The notes: a model not told the origin generated them from the sequence alone. A DNA stretch of 64,000 nucleotides from Octopus sinensis (GCF_006345805.1 NC_043004.1:19902001-19966000); one strand, 5' to 3'; counted from the first letter of the stretch, positions 13,861 through 27,200 are shown. Program-made: numbers and translations.

Positions 13861-14178
13861 CTAGAAGTAGTTTAACTATACTGGATCTCCGAGAATTCAG
13901 AGAAGCCACTGTTCCTTAATGCATTATTATAACACAGCACGGCATTTTGAAACGCTGTACCTTTTGAAACGCTGTAACGTCTGAAGCTATTTTATATTCA
14001 CAAAGAATCAAATCATCGAACCCGTAGTTTTTAAGAACCTAGTTAGTAATATAGGAAGGCGCATATCATCAAAATCTTCGGACGGGATAGCGTTTCAAAA
14101 TGCCTCAGGGTATTATAATAATGCATGAAGGAACAGTGGATTCTTGGAGAAGATCTGATATAGTCAAACTACTTGTAG
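13861..14178. mobile_element. Fold-back PLE fragment (RT C-terminal region, inverted)
   Basis: 13861-13961 is the diverged reverse complement of 14084-14178. 14030-14178 is homologous to the minus-strand PLE at ~54290-54430. A 15-bp direct duplication (TTTTGAAACGCTGTA) sits at the inversion junction. Confidence 0.8.
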
Positions 14179-14686
14179 CAATAAGACCAAAGAAAATTAT
14201 CGTAACTGAACTAAAAGGCCTGTAGAAAGATGGGTGTGATGAAGCCAATGAACGGAAGCGTGCTTGATATGAAAGCCTACTGCAGTATTGCAGGGAGAAG
14301 GAATAACAGATATAGCTTTTCGCAGTCGAGGTTGGCTGTAGGGGATTCCCTGCTCAGTCGGCATGGAGGCTGCTTACAACTACTGGAATGAAAGTTAAGA
14401 GGCGAAGGGTATCTGTGCGCTGAATGGAAGAGGCAAAAGAAAAATCCTCTTGTTGGCTTTGGAGTAAGAGTAAAGAGCTAAGCTGGAAGCCAGAAGGAGA
14501 TGAGGAACAGTGACTTGGCCACCTTTGCTGACCCAACAACGGGAGGATCTTACGCTTCACGGTCGAAACACCGGATGAATATTGGATACCGTATGGCGAC
14601 GTCAGTTCCTCCTCAGCCAAGGCTCCATTCACTCTCAAGAATGGATAAAGCACCTCCTGATGGGTGTTATTAACACACGCACATGC

Positions 14687-14774
<88 letters not shown>

Positions 14775-14844
14775 ATATATATAATATATATATATATATA
14801 TGAATAAATGAAAGAATGGAGTCGAACGAAGATGTTAACAAAAT

Positions 14845-14939
14845 TCCTTTACTCTCGACACATGTTTCGAAGACAGCATATTTTCATTCCGAAGGAATAA
14901 AGGGTGCATTATGCAATCTTCTCACCAGGAAAGAAAAGG
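14845..14939 (-). ncRNA. Type I hammerhead, mutated core (CTGGTGA)
   Basis: Reverse-complement copy of 15341-15435 with a better stem I (CTTTC/GAGAG) but an A6G core change. Confidence 0.6.
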
Positions 14940-15340
14940 AGCCTCTCTCAACAACAAGACAAACAAAAGTTTCGATGATTGCCTACATGGTAACCAAAGC
15001 GATAATGAGTCTTTTTTTTTAAATCCGTTAAAAGGATTGACGTCAAAAATAGATAGTAGGAGGAAGTAAAAATAGGTAGGGGACAGTATGTTTGCTGTAT
15101 GTATGGAAGTGTGTGGGTGTGTGCTTGTGTTAATGAGTGCGTGTGGTTGTGTGTGTATGTGTGTGTGTATATAACTGCATTTGTGTCTGTGTGTGTGATT
15201 GTGTTTGTGAGAGACAGACGTCAAAGATAGGTAGTAGTAAGGGAAGATATAAAGGAATTATAGGTAGGGAAGGGGAAGTGTACGTTGATTCAAAGAATAT
15301 TCAATGTTGATTGAAAGAATGTCTTGTTGTTGAGAGAGGC

Positions 15341-15435
15341 TCCTTTCTTCCCTGATGAGAAGACTGCATAATGCACCCTTTATTCCTTCGGAATGAAAAT
15401 ATGCTGTCTTCGAAACATGTGTCGAGAGTAAAGGA
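15341..15435 (+). ncRNA. Type I hammerhead ribozyme with extended stem II
   Basis: CTGATGA (15352-58); stem II GAAGAC.GCATA / TATGC.GTCTTC; GAAA (15412-15); C-ATGT-G stem III (ACATGT palindrome); GTC cleavage triplet 15421-23; stem I CTTCC/GAGAG imperfect plus TCCTTT/AAAGGA. Confidence 0.75.
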
Positions 15436-15929
15436 ATTTTGTTAACATCTTCGTTCGACTCCATTCTTTCATTTATTCATATACAACACACAAATTTCTA
15501 CACATGAACCCGGAGTTTCTACCCTTGGCAGGTCGCTTCAACCGTGTTTTCTGACGTGAATTTGCTACCCAGGTTTCGGTTCAACGAATTTTCCATGCTG
15601 TCAATAAACATAGGATAATTCATTCACCTACTTAAATATATATATATCAGTATATTCGTATATATACGTATCTACCTATTCATATCTAAATCTTTGGTTG
15701 TGGCCGAGTAAGTAGGATAGAAATTATGATATACATATATATATATACACACATACACACCAACAAACATTATGTGGGTAATAATTTCAACTGCGATGCT
15801 ACAATCGTATCTGATTCTTCAAGTTCTTCCCTTTTGTCCTTGTACATATATTTACTACATTGTTGACGTTTATTAATGGTTTTTCCACTTGCGTTGATGT
15901 GCCATTTTCTATCATTCGAGAGGGCGATG

Positions 15930-15952
15930 CTAGTAATAATAATAATAATGAT

Positions 15953-16026
<74 letters not shown>

Positions 16027-16036
16027 CAACAATAAC

Positions 16037-16080
<44 letters not shown>

Positions 16081-16095
16081 TAATAATAATAATAG
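15930..16095. repeat. (TAA)n microsatellite
   Basis: Direct reading. Confidence 0.98.
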
Positions 16096-19000
16096 TTTAA
16101 AATTTTGAGACAAGGACAACGATTTAGAGAAATATGTTATGTCAATTATATATGGTACTTATTTATGGACCTCGAAAAGAGGAAAAGTAAAGTCAAACAC
16201 GGCGAAATTTAAACTGAGACGGTGAAAACGGACAAAATGCCGCAAAGCCAACGTACTAAGGGTTCTGCCATGGCGCCGCCTTATACGTTTCGTTAGTATT
16301 ATTATTAGGAATTTACATGAGTAATCTACAATTCAGCAAAAATTATGATTTTCTTCATTCCATCAAGTCTAAAACTTTTGGGAGCGGCGATTTAACATAA
16401 ATAACGGAACCAATCAGATCCTGGAATTTATTTATTTTACACAGAATGAATATAGAAATCGATCCTGGTTGCTTTTGAACCAATGTTTCGTGTAAGAAAA
16501 AACGAATCCTTTTAAAGAATTTTACTTAGTTATCAACCACTTCGGTGCACTCTTTACTCTTCTTATTACATGCTATTGTGTTTTTAATTTACCGAACAAC
16601 ATCATTGGTGTTTGCTTGTGTATACGCTACGTGCGTGTGCGTAAATCGGCCCGTGTCCCTCAGTATATGTTCCTGGCATACGTGGGTGTACTACATCGAG
16701 TGGATAATAAGTCTAACCTTTCCATTATAATTTCAATCTACAATTTTGAATGGAACCTTCGCTTGCATGATTCTTTCTTGAAACATAGTAATTCTTTAGA
16801 AAAGATCTTTTAGACGCAAAAGAATAGTTTAGTCACTCGACATTTCAGATTTCTCTGTATTTTCAACAATCAAGTCATTTCCAACACAAGAATAAAATTT
16901 TGTAACCTTGACAAACCAAGAACACAGCAGAAGCTGAATATCAATGATACAATGAAATGAGCATTCCACTAACTCCATTCAATCCACCCGCTTCAACATG
17001 ACGTAAATTGATAAAAGCAACAACGACAATAACAACAGCAGCAGCAACAACGACAACATCGAGAACAACAGCTACAACTACCACTACCACTAGTCCGAAA
17101 CCAATGACCTCAGCAACAACGACAAGAAAATCAGTAGAAGGAATGTTTATGACAAATCATACTTTGAAAGGTTTACATGCTTACAAATGATAAAAATGAG
17201 ATTATGGGAAAGCAAGATATTGACACAATTGTCAAACAAGTAAGCATAGGGAAAATAGGTTCAGAAGAGGTCAAATCCAAGAGGTAGTGGTTAACTACAT
17301 CCAGTAGAAGTCAACAGATTGAAGTGTTTCAACTACATTTCACCTCAGTGTTAGACTTATTCTAACAAAGAAGCATTTACATCGTTGTTCGACCTGCTAG
17401 AAATATCAGTCAAATGCAATCACTATCCTGAAAATAAAGTATACGTTCGATAAACGAGCGAAATAAGCAGGTTTTAAAATATGATGCGACAATCACGGCT
17501 GGAACGCTTTTAATTACAAGTCCACTACCTAGCGGCTAAATAAAATATCACCAGTAACAACCCTAACAGAAACGTGATTCCTGACTTAGAATTAATAGCA
17601 AATTATTAAGCTAATGGTGCGATGGCTATAATATGGGTGGCCCTATATAAGAAAACTGGACAAAGAAGGTAAAAAAAAACAATTACTGATTTATTGACAA
17701 TAAATGAAATTCAAAATTTTACAACTCTATCGGAAAATAGATTAAGTATTAAATTGATATTGACGTCAAACGTCTGCTTCATCCTTATAAAATTCTGCAA
17801 GAAAAATGAGAAATATTCTGCTATAAAAATTGAAACAAAAATACCACCTTGGCATCTTGATAGCTTTGTTGTAATCTTCGATTTGCGTTTTATAATCACT
17901 AATCTTCTATGATTATTCCATCATCCAATACCGCAGGGTGAGAATTGCCGAGTCATAACGGTTTTATTTCCCTTACTGCCATCCAGATTTGTGTTTTACA
18001 GTTAACTCCTATAATAACAAATTTTGTAACGTTTTTCCAGACAAACCCTTCTCTAAATAAACATGACGGTGAATTGTATCATTAAGAAGTGCACCTTGAC
18101 CCAGTCACATACACTAAAATATTCTATGACTTACACAAACTTGAATATGACGCTCGTAGTGTTGAATCTGAAACACCGGTGGAACTCTTCAATATATTCT
18201 ATTTATTTGGGTGTATAATAACCTTCAGTTTCTTGAATCCTTATCATCTGCTTTATTCCCTGGTGTGATTGATTTTATTTCCGACTAAAATACACCTGCC
18301 TAAATCATACTATCTAAATAGTATGCCTAAATACACCTGCCTAATTACACAGAAATTAAATAAACTTAAACGCCACATCACGACAATGTTTCCGTGATAA
18401 AAAAATAAAACATTAGAAATATTATACTGATAATCACAACTAAAGGGTATATCGCAAGAATTTGACACAGTTTGATATTCAGAGTAAATAAAAAGAAGTG
18501 AAAATATTCGAAACGAACAATATTTAAAACCCACCTCTTTTCTATAACATTTACGTATAACTGTAATGCATAATCATGCAAAAATCAACACAATTTCATT
18601 CAAAATGTTATACAGTGACTTAAAGGTCTCATCGTATTTGTGTCTTAGACAGTTTCCAAAATACGTTAAAGTACTGTCCAAAAGCTTGGGACGTCACGTT
18701 GTTTTCGATATAAAAAGTATGCTGGTGGGAGCATATAATTTTACACCTTACAGATCATAATATAAATATTCACAGCAGTAGCTCGGACTTTGATCAATAT
18801 AGATCTACCCGTTCAATGAATAGGTGAAACAATAAAAATTGATCTATGACCCATGTCAATCATTTGGGAAGAATCCTACGTAATATATGCTACGCAACTT
18901 TGGAGGTTGAGGGTGAGATGTGGTCAACATTGGTATCCCTGTGTAGTAAGATGACAGTGTTAATTAGACACGTGTATGTAGAAGTTTAGAGTTGATTCTC

Positions 19001-19619
19001 TGGCTTTCATATTCCTGGCCTTCATTAAATAAGATAATCCACAATATTATGCTGGCAGTTGATTAAATCAGTTATTTCTTTCCCTTGTACCTTTGTGGTG
19101 GTGTGCGTGTCAAAGTACCAAATCAATATTCTTGCCTTTCAGATAGTTTGGAAGTATTTTCATGCGAAATTGGAAGATTGAAATCACAATAGCTATTGAG
19201 AAACAAAGGTGCAGTGTGCTTTACTATTCTTTGAAGTCATAAGTTAATATTTTATTCGTTTCAGTTATCATGGATATTTCATCATACCTCCGTCTGTCAA
19301 ACCGTTGCACAATTTATGTAATTCATTTGATACATAAGGGATACAAATGTATTTGGAGATTCAATAATACATTTGTTAGAAAGTGAAATGCAGAGAAATA
19401 AATAACAAATATATGAAAATAAAGATAGTAAATTTATTTCAGTTAATTAACTCTCGACATAAACCAGGACTTTACTGAAATTACGAAGTTTACTTAAAGG
19501 GATTAAAGAAATTAACAAATGAAAAATTGAATACACTAATAGACCAAGTCCAACTAGATAAAGCAGTGCGCACACACGTACGCACACACACACTCACACA
19601 CACACACATATTTAATAAG

Positions 19620-20090
19620 ATAGATGAGATGTGGTTCACTCATCGTATCTTTTTAACCAAATCCAGTTGATAGCCTTCTCTACTCTAGTTGAGATATCGG
19701 TCATGGTAGTATTTACTTTACGATGCGTTAGGACTAACGATAACATCAGAGATCTCACACTGCGTCCAACAAATCCTCTACGTTGGAAAATGCTCCGCCT
19801 TCCAGCCTGCGTCTTCACATTCCACAAGGAACTTTATATAACGGTTAATATTTCGAGTCCGAGTGGCGTCCATGTTATCTTCATGAGGGACCGTTATCTT
19901 GACTAGATTCACAACTTTCTTTCCTTCACACCACCTTAAAAGGTCTGGATTTTTCGTAACTGGGTGGGAAAGAGTCTCTCTGGCGACTTGTACACCCTTG
20001 CGACAATGTAAACTTTCATTTAATCAAGATATCCTTAGCCTCAAGAGTAACCTGCAGTATACACCTCACTTCGATATTTACCACGTCTGA
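19620..20090 (-). mobile_element. HERO-like (RLE-type) non-LTR retrotransposon 3' fragment
   Basis: Minus-strand translation TKNPDLLRWCEGKKVVNLVKITVPHEDNMDATRTRNINRYIKFLVECEDAGWKAEHFP, then after a frameshift RGFVGRSVRSL...RVEKAINWIWLKR, resembles the PD..ELTVP..GW..EVGCRGF..WIW restriction-like endonuclease C-terminus. Confidence 0.7.
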
Positions 20091-20152
20091 GATTCCTCTC
20101 GCTATGAAATATATGTAGCCCAGATATTATCTATTCCATTCCTTAACTCTGG

Positions 20153-20186
<34 letters not shown>

Positions 20187-20361
20187 TAGTCTATATATAT
20201 TTGCACTTATCTGCTCGCCTCTGTGTGTGTGTGTGTGTATACATATATATATACATATATATGTATACACACACACACACACACACACATACACACAATC
20301 ACACAGTGGCGAGCAGATAAGTGCAATGGAAATGTGGTCAAAGCAGTACTCGAATACTACA

Positions 20362-20492
20362 GGTAGAGTAATATACTTTTTATTAAAGCTACAAAATTAT
20401 TACAGGACTGTTCTGACAACTCTCCGACGAACGGGAGCGTCAAACTGCAAGTAACATTTCGGCGATAATTTTGCAGCTTTACTAAAAAGCAC
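20362..20492. mobile_element. Short fold-back of the 12235 PLE-repeat family containing a CCGACGA hammerhead-like motif (+ strand 20418-20460)
   Basis: Left flank GTAGAGTAATAT...AAAGCT matches 12255-12300; CTTTTTATTAAAGCTACAAAATTAT is inverted as ATAATTTTGCAGCTTTACTAAAAAG; the centre reads CCGACGA-ACG(GGAG)CGT-CAAA-CTGCAAG-TA-ACATTT. Confidence 0.65.
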
Positions 20493-20495
20493 ACA

Positions 20496-20535
<40 letters not shown>

Positions 20536-20706
20536 TATATATAAATGTATATAGATATGTGTGTGTGTGTGTGTGTGTTATTGTGTGTGTGCATGTTATT
20601 TTTATATGACAAATCCATAGAGATATATTCAAAAATGTCTGAAAGTTTCTGACAAGAACTTTTTTTAGGATTCTTGTTGAAATAACATGTTCACACACAC
20701 ACACAG

Positions 20707-20741
<35 letters not shown>

Positions 20742-21680
20742 CGCACGCACGCACGCATACACACACACGCGCGTACACACATTCGCGTTTAATCGACTAT
20801 CTTTTTATATTTTATCGTGCAACTCATTCCTTTACATCATGTCGTAAATGATGACAGCTATAATTTTTTTCTTACAAACTTATTGCGGATTCAGCTTTCG
20901 GTTACTGTCCGTTTCCGGAGAGGATTCAAATGTGATTTCAAAGGGTTTAGCAACAAATTCAATAGAAATCGTATAAATCTCTGAGACATATCAACATGAA
21001 TGCATTTTGAAATGTATGTCTATCTAAAAATAAATACAGATAAAACGATTGGCTACATAGATAGCCTTGCGGCGTTGGGCCTGTCGGTGGATTCGGCTGC
21101 TCAATGAACTTCATTACATGCTCTCTCTGAATCAATATATATCTAAGAATTTCAGAGACGCCTGTAACATTAATGCAATGCTTAATTAGAATCAGCGTAA
21201 CAAAGTAAGTGATAAGTCTTTGTCTTTCTGAATTACATGTAAAATCCACCTGGTAGACTTCTATACAGTTTCGATCTACCCAATTTCACTTACAAAGTTA
21301 GCGCCTTAATAAGCACTCGGCCGTATTGGGTGTGCATGCATGCATACATACATACATACATACATACATACATACATACATACTATATGTGAGCGTTTCT
21401 TGGAGTTTCTGCACTTCTCCATTCCGTAATCCAAGTTTGAAAGCGCTGTGTTTCTGCTAGTAGCTCGTTACGAAACTATAACTCTAACGGAGCCGGATCA
21501 AACTGTTTTAATTATTTAAATGCGTATGAGTATTATTATTAATACACGCGGTTCTTCCATTTCTTTGTCTGCTCAGTCGTATGCATATATAACATATATA
21601 AATATACATATCTTCTATCTTTTATCTTGTACCTGTTTCACTCATGGCACCGTCGCTAAATACATAAATACATACACACA

Positions 21681-21726
<46 letters not shown>

Positions 21727-21751
21727 ACACACACACACATACACACGTGTA

Positions 21752-22047
21752 TACTCTTTACTCTTTACTCTGTTTCAGTCATTTGAATGTGGTCATGCTG
21801 GAACACCGCCTTTAATCGAGCAAATCGACCCCAGACAATGAGTACTTTGTAAGCCTAGTACTTATTGTATCGGTCTCTTTTGCCGAACCGTTGCGTTACG
21901 GGGACGTAAGCACACCAGCATCGGTTCCGGGTTCATTCCCACTGATTGGTAGCTTGGGAAAGTGTCTTCAACTATAGCCTCGGGCCGACCAAAGCCTTGT
22001 GAGTGGATTTGGTAGACGGAAACTGAAAGAAGCCCGTCCTATATATG

Positions 22048-22121
<74 letters not shown>

Positions 22122-22335
22122 AGTGTGTGCATGCATGTGTGTCTGTGTTGTCCCCCAACATCGCTTGACAACCGATGTTAGTGTGTTTACGTCCCCGTAA
22201 TTTAGCGGTTCGGCAAAAGTGACCGATAGAATAAGTACTAGGCTCCCAAAGAATAATTTCTGGGGTCGATTTGCTCGACTAAAGGCGGTGTTCCAGTATG
22301 GCCGCAGTCAAATCACTGAAACAAGTGAATGTGTA
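21752..22335. mobile_element. Family A SINE with inverted 3' half: minus copy 21752-21926 joined to plus copy 21927-22335
   Basis: 21752-21926 is the reverse complement of the SINE 3' body (compare 22165-22330); it is followed directly by GGGTTCATTCCCACTG...GCAAGTGTCTTC-type head, microsatellite and 3' body. Confidence 0.85.
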
Positions 22336-22471
22336 AAAGAGTATTCTAAATATATTTCTCAATATCTTTTCAAGAACTTTTTCCAGTACTTTTCTTTACA
22401 TGTTTATACATCTTTATGTCTTCACCAATATCCCCAAATGTTCCTGCATTGTCTTTACATTTTATTTTATA

Positions 22472-23252
22472 CTAGCAGTATCGCCCGGCGTTGCTCGGGT
22501 TTGTAAGGGAAATAACTATATAAGCATTTTTAGAGATGTAAAGTATAATAGCCATCTCAATATGGCTAACCACAAAGGGTGGGTGTTACTGTAGCTTTTT
22601 ATGTTCTGAGATTTAATAAATTTTTTGAGAGTTACTTCCCTTATATATGCCAAAAATGCATTAATAATGGGAAAAATTGATGGTAATTTTTTTTTTTAAA
22701 TCGTAGACTCATGGTAGACGTGCGCTAATACCCAGAAGGACTCGATATGAATCACAACTATAAGATACCCGGTTTTCGTTAAACTGCACCGCAAAATGTG
22801 GGACTAGTTAGGAATCTAAATCGTAGGAGGCAGACAGCACACAACCTCTCTTTTATATATAACTAGCAGTAGCGCCCGGCGTTGCTCGGGTTTGTAAGGG
22901 AAATAACTATAAAGCATTTTTAGAGAGTTATAGCCAAAAAATAGCAAAAAATGCATTAAAAATGGAAAATAAATTATGGTAATTTATTTTTTAAATCGTT
23001 GACTCATCGTAGACATTTTTAAAGAGTTACTTCCCTTATATAAAAAAATGCATTAAAAGGGAAAAAAATTATGGTAAATTATTTTTAAAATCGTAGACTC
23101 ATCGTAGACGCGCGCTAATACCCAGAAGGGCTTGATATGAATCACGACTATAAGATACCCTGTTTTGGTTAAACTGCACCGCAAAATGTGGGAGTAGTTA
23201 GGAATCTAAATCGGAGTAGACAGACACACAACCTTTCTTTTATATATAAAGA
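22472..23252 (-). mobile_element. Non-autonomous Helitron, head-to-tail dimer (~390-bp units)
   Basis: Minus strand starts A|TCTTTATATATAAAAG and ends CCCGAGCAACGCCGGG hairpin + 8 nt + CTAG|T (A/T insertion site, no TSD); an internal second hairpin-CTAG end lies at 22863-22890. Confidence 0.85.
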
Positions 23253-24249
23253 TTATACTTTTCTCATTCTTTTATTCTTTTACACGTTTCAGTCAATCTT
23301 TACTGTAGCCATGCTGAAGCACCACCTTGTTAGTTATTATTAATTTTTATTTTATTGAATTCTTATATCTATGGGTTTGACTATCATTAAAATAGCTATC
23401 TACTTACCTTTAAACCACTGAGTGTCCTTCTAAATCTGTACCCCTGGGGCTAATATTTGTTTTCTTTTTCCTTTTCCGTTCCCCTCAAATCATTTTAATT
23501 GCCACTATTTTCAATATTTTCACTTCTTGTTGCATATTCTTTTGTACTTTCCTATATTTCTTTATTTACTGTTACTATGAAGGCCACCAACCCATCTGTG
23601 CATCACTTATCATTCCTCTGAATCAGCACCAATGTTGCTGAAATTTCCAACTATCCATTTTAACTGTCATGTCATTTTTATGGTATATTTTATATATGTA
23701 TCAGCTGAATAGACGGCCGTTGCCAGGAAACTTTTACAATAAAAAGACTTATATAAATTTTCGCTTATTTCATGTCAGACGATGATTTCCTCGACAGATA
23801 GGCCTCTTGATCAGGACATATTTATGCAATTTTTGCAAAAAATTTTCATTGAAGATTGTTTTCCTTTTTAAATTAATTAAATGTTTGTTCAACCGCTTCA
23901 CATGACTGTATTGATTAAAACTACAGAAGTTCTTACAATTTTGGTCGTCATAATGCTTTGCTTTCGTTTGTTAGGTAAAAATCCCTCCTCATAATGATTT
24001 TACTTACATTTTGTGATAGACAGCTATCATGCTGAAAAAGCCAGCTTCCAAATCCTGTTTTCTGATTAGGTAAAATTAATTAAACTTTAAACCTCAGTAA
24101 CATTTTTCTGCAATTTTTCTGGAATGAATAAGTAACAAAATCAGATTAAACGAGGAAAATTATTTCAATATAATAGAATTGAAAAGTTTAACGTAAATTT
24201 AAAATCTCACCATATGTTCAACACATTGAAACTGTAAATAACAAAGGGA

Positions 24250-26010
24250 ACTGCCAAGGAATTTATGGCTAACACCTTGCTACGCACATTCAACTCCGAT
24301 TTTATATCCATAACCTGTTCTGTTAAGATCACTTGTAATGGGTATTAGGGCTATGCAAAGAATTAAAGAGTAAAGTGAGTCACCTCGGAAAATGCCGCAG
24401 TTGATATTAATATTGTTTGTGATCAGTATTCCGTTAGATTGGTATAAGTGAAGATTCGTATTCCACACTGACATGTGCTTCAGGGAGTTTGAAATCACTC
24501 GAGGAATTTTGAAGATATCCAAACATGTTAAGATCCATGAATGTGGAATGCTGTTAAAGACATTATAATCAATCGATGTGGAACTAAGATTTCCGCGTTC
24601 GTTATGACAGTTCTCAAGGATCATGCAATCGACTAAGAGTTGGTCCTTGCATCCATTTATCCTCGTCGGCATTCTTTTTGCTCAATAGGGCAATTATCGT
24701 TCTCTACTATAAATTTGTATGTTTTCTCCACGAGGCTGGATTTAAAAATGTTAAATGAGGTAAATAGATATGTTATGGGCCGATAGTTTTGGAGAAATTT
24801 GGTTTCATTATTCTTTGGGATTAAGTGAGTAATACCTCTTGCTAACCAGCCAGGTGCTTTCGTAGGAACTCTCATAACTTCATTGGCGCGATAACAGCTA
24901 GAAATTTGGCATTCTATCATTACCAGTGGATTTCCACTCATGAGCCTTCGTGAGTGTTATCCTTAGGTCTGCTATAGGGATGTCTGTCCATGCTTGTTCT
25001 GGTAAGTTTTAGTAGGATCCTTTTGTGCGTCCAGTCTAGCCCGCTTTTCGTTATAAGTATTTTCATCACTCCAGATAATTTCAACTTACTCCATCGGATT
25101 GGGTCTCCATCGGTTATTTTCTCCTCACCTATTTCTCGGTAGAATGTTTTTGCATTGCATGTGAACAGCTTATTTTGCTTGTATAAATTGTTTCCCGTTT
25201 CAAATCTTCCTATCCTTTGATCGATTGCTTGGACTTTTTGTTGCGGTGTTTTATTGTTTTTTTTGTAAGTGGCAAAAATGTATATATTCTCTTCATCTTT
25301 CTTCCTTTTCTGGATTTTACATCGTTTCGCAGATTAGTTCATTAGTTTTTTTTACTTGATTTCTCTTATGAACTCTCTATCTTCTTCAGTAAAAGGTTTA
25401 GTTCTCAGTTATTGTTTCCCTGCCACTTTCCTCGCTATCTTTATCATTTCCATTACAATTTATTTCTTCAGATGTTTGCGTGTTCTTGTCAGATGGCAGC
25501 CTTTCAATTTAGTCTCCAGGAGAGTTGCTCTCCTCCTCTGGTTCTTTATTTCCATTCTATCTTATATTTCGACCTGCTCGCGGTTATTTCTCTATCTGTG
25601 AGTCTTTTATGATGATATTTCTCCTAACATTTTCTCAACTTGTTTTCGTGCAAATATTGTCGGCTCTCGTGATTTCGTGTTCCGCATATTTGATAAGAGC
25701 GTGCGGTGTATTTCTCTTCAGATAGCCCACCTAATACATATGAATAGGCGTATATTACTTCTGTATACTCTTCTCAGGTCCATTTGATCTTCTTACATTT
25801 TCTTTCTGTGGTAGGTGTGGTGGTGGATTTGGAGGGCTCGAGTCGAGGCAGTTCCCGTTCAAGTGACCGTCCAGCTTCATATTCAGAGAAGAGTTTGTGC
25901 TAGTGGATGACTTTTCGACCCCAGGCTGGGCCTCTCCTGAGAGACGTGCTTCCATATTAACCATAGGACAAGCGATTTGGTGTGCTGTTGTAGTTTTCGT
26001 TTTTGTTTCG
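24250..26010 (-). mobile_element. Degenerate R4/Dong-like LINE including RT domain
   Basis: ORFs with PGWLARGITHLIPK...NYRPITYL...EQKECRRG, GCKDQLLVD...IDYNVFNSIPHSWI and GIFRGDSLYSLILCIALIP (RT motifs, cf. GIFQGDSLSPL); N-terminal IKWTREEYTEV-like motif near 25780. Confidence 0.9.
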
Positions 26011-26769
26011 TAAGACATAGTTGTGCTCTTTTACAATTATTATTATTGATCTCTGTGTAGTAGAAGTAGAGACGGTTGTTGTATCTGCTACTATTTTCAA
26101 TTCTGTCATCAATACCGTTACACTTACTTTAACCTTGCTATTACAGCATTGTTCATCTCTAGTTACCCCCAATAGTGCCTTGATCTGTATCGTCGTGGAT
26201 AACCTTTCTAGTCATGGTGAGAGTATAACCGTTATTTCGTTAAGTCTTCAATCTTTGGTCCAAATTCTGAGTGGTATTATTAAATGTTGTTTAGTTTGTC
26301 TTGTAATTGAGATAATCATAAATATGTGAGGATTGGAGAGGATAGTAGGAGAAAGTGAAGCAGCTTCGCGAATATAGGTTTGACAGATGGTTAGTAGGGG
26401 ATCAACAATGGGGCTTCGTATTCATGTGCGATCAAGAACATAAAAGATGCCTCATACCGTTGCGGTCAGCAGAGGTCAAATGTGTTTATAACTACTAGCG
26501 ATCATTGACAGTGCTGACATTGGCCTTGGAAACAACCAATTCACCTTGCTCTGCTTTAATTACCGATAGAAAAAATAATCATGTATATATACTTTTTACA
26601 TCGTTGAATTTTTGAATGTTTGCTTTCTTCCTACAGGTTTTGCTGTGGTTTACGTTTTCGTAATTGTGCAGTTTGTATATATTTACAGGTGCTTAATTCC
26701 TTAGTTTTTATCGTGCCTTTAACAGTATTGTTGCAATAAAAGGTATGTTTACACATTGGAGTAGTTAGG

Positions 26770-27200
26770 GAGAAAAGATGAGTAAAATTTTCACAGAAAA
26801 TTATAGATATTAAATTTTCTAAATTTTCTAAAGGTAATCGTCTGTAGTATTCTTGCAATAAAATGGATGTTTAAATTTTCAAATACTCACGGAGGAAGGA
26901 AAAGAAAGAGTACAATTTCCACAGAAAATTGTAAATATTAAATTTTTTTTAATTTTCTAGAAATGATGTTTTGCATGCCCGAACAGAGAAAATCTGAACT
27001 GTTCTGTTCTGGCAATAAAAAATATATTTACAGTTTTACGGAGAGAAAGGAAAGATATATATTCATATAAGTTGTAGATATTAAAGTTTTAAGGTTTGTA
27101 AAGGTGATCGTTTCCGTGTTTGTCCGGAGAAAACAGTAGATATGTATGTTTATAAACTTATTTTAAGAGGAATTTAAATACTCACAGGAAATTGTAGATG
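26770..27200 (+). repeat. Degenerate tandem repeat, period ~130 bp
   Basis: CACAGAAAATT(A/G)TAGATATTAAA-like motif recurs at ~26793, 26920, 27063 and 27183. Confidence 0.55.

Larger units (their letters stand above)
14798..15483. repeat. Inverted repeat, ~164-bp near-identical arms (14798-14961 / 15320-15483), each containing a hammerhead motif
   Basis: Arms are near-exact reverse complements (the ORF track shows the same peptide start MESNEDVNKIPLL on both strands); ~358-bp spacer; left end abuts (TA)n. Confidence 0.95.

Noticed and set aside
17008-17190. Thr-rich mucin-like ORF
   Set aside because: Degenerate (ACA)n/(GCA)n low-complexity tract without supporting splice context.
20941-20954. 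14-nt match (GTTGCTAAACCCTT, minus strand) to the start of the 600-nt unit
   Set aside because: Several exact 14-mer matches are expected by chance within 64 kb on two strands; flanks do not align clearly.
26345-26500. Open frame EKVKQLREYRFDRWLVGDQQWGFVFMCD, and 56600-56730 frames with a vague PLAT-like look
   Set aside because: Resemblance too weak, with stops nearby; cannot be supported.
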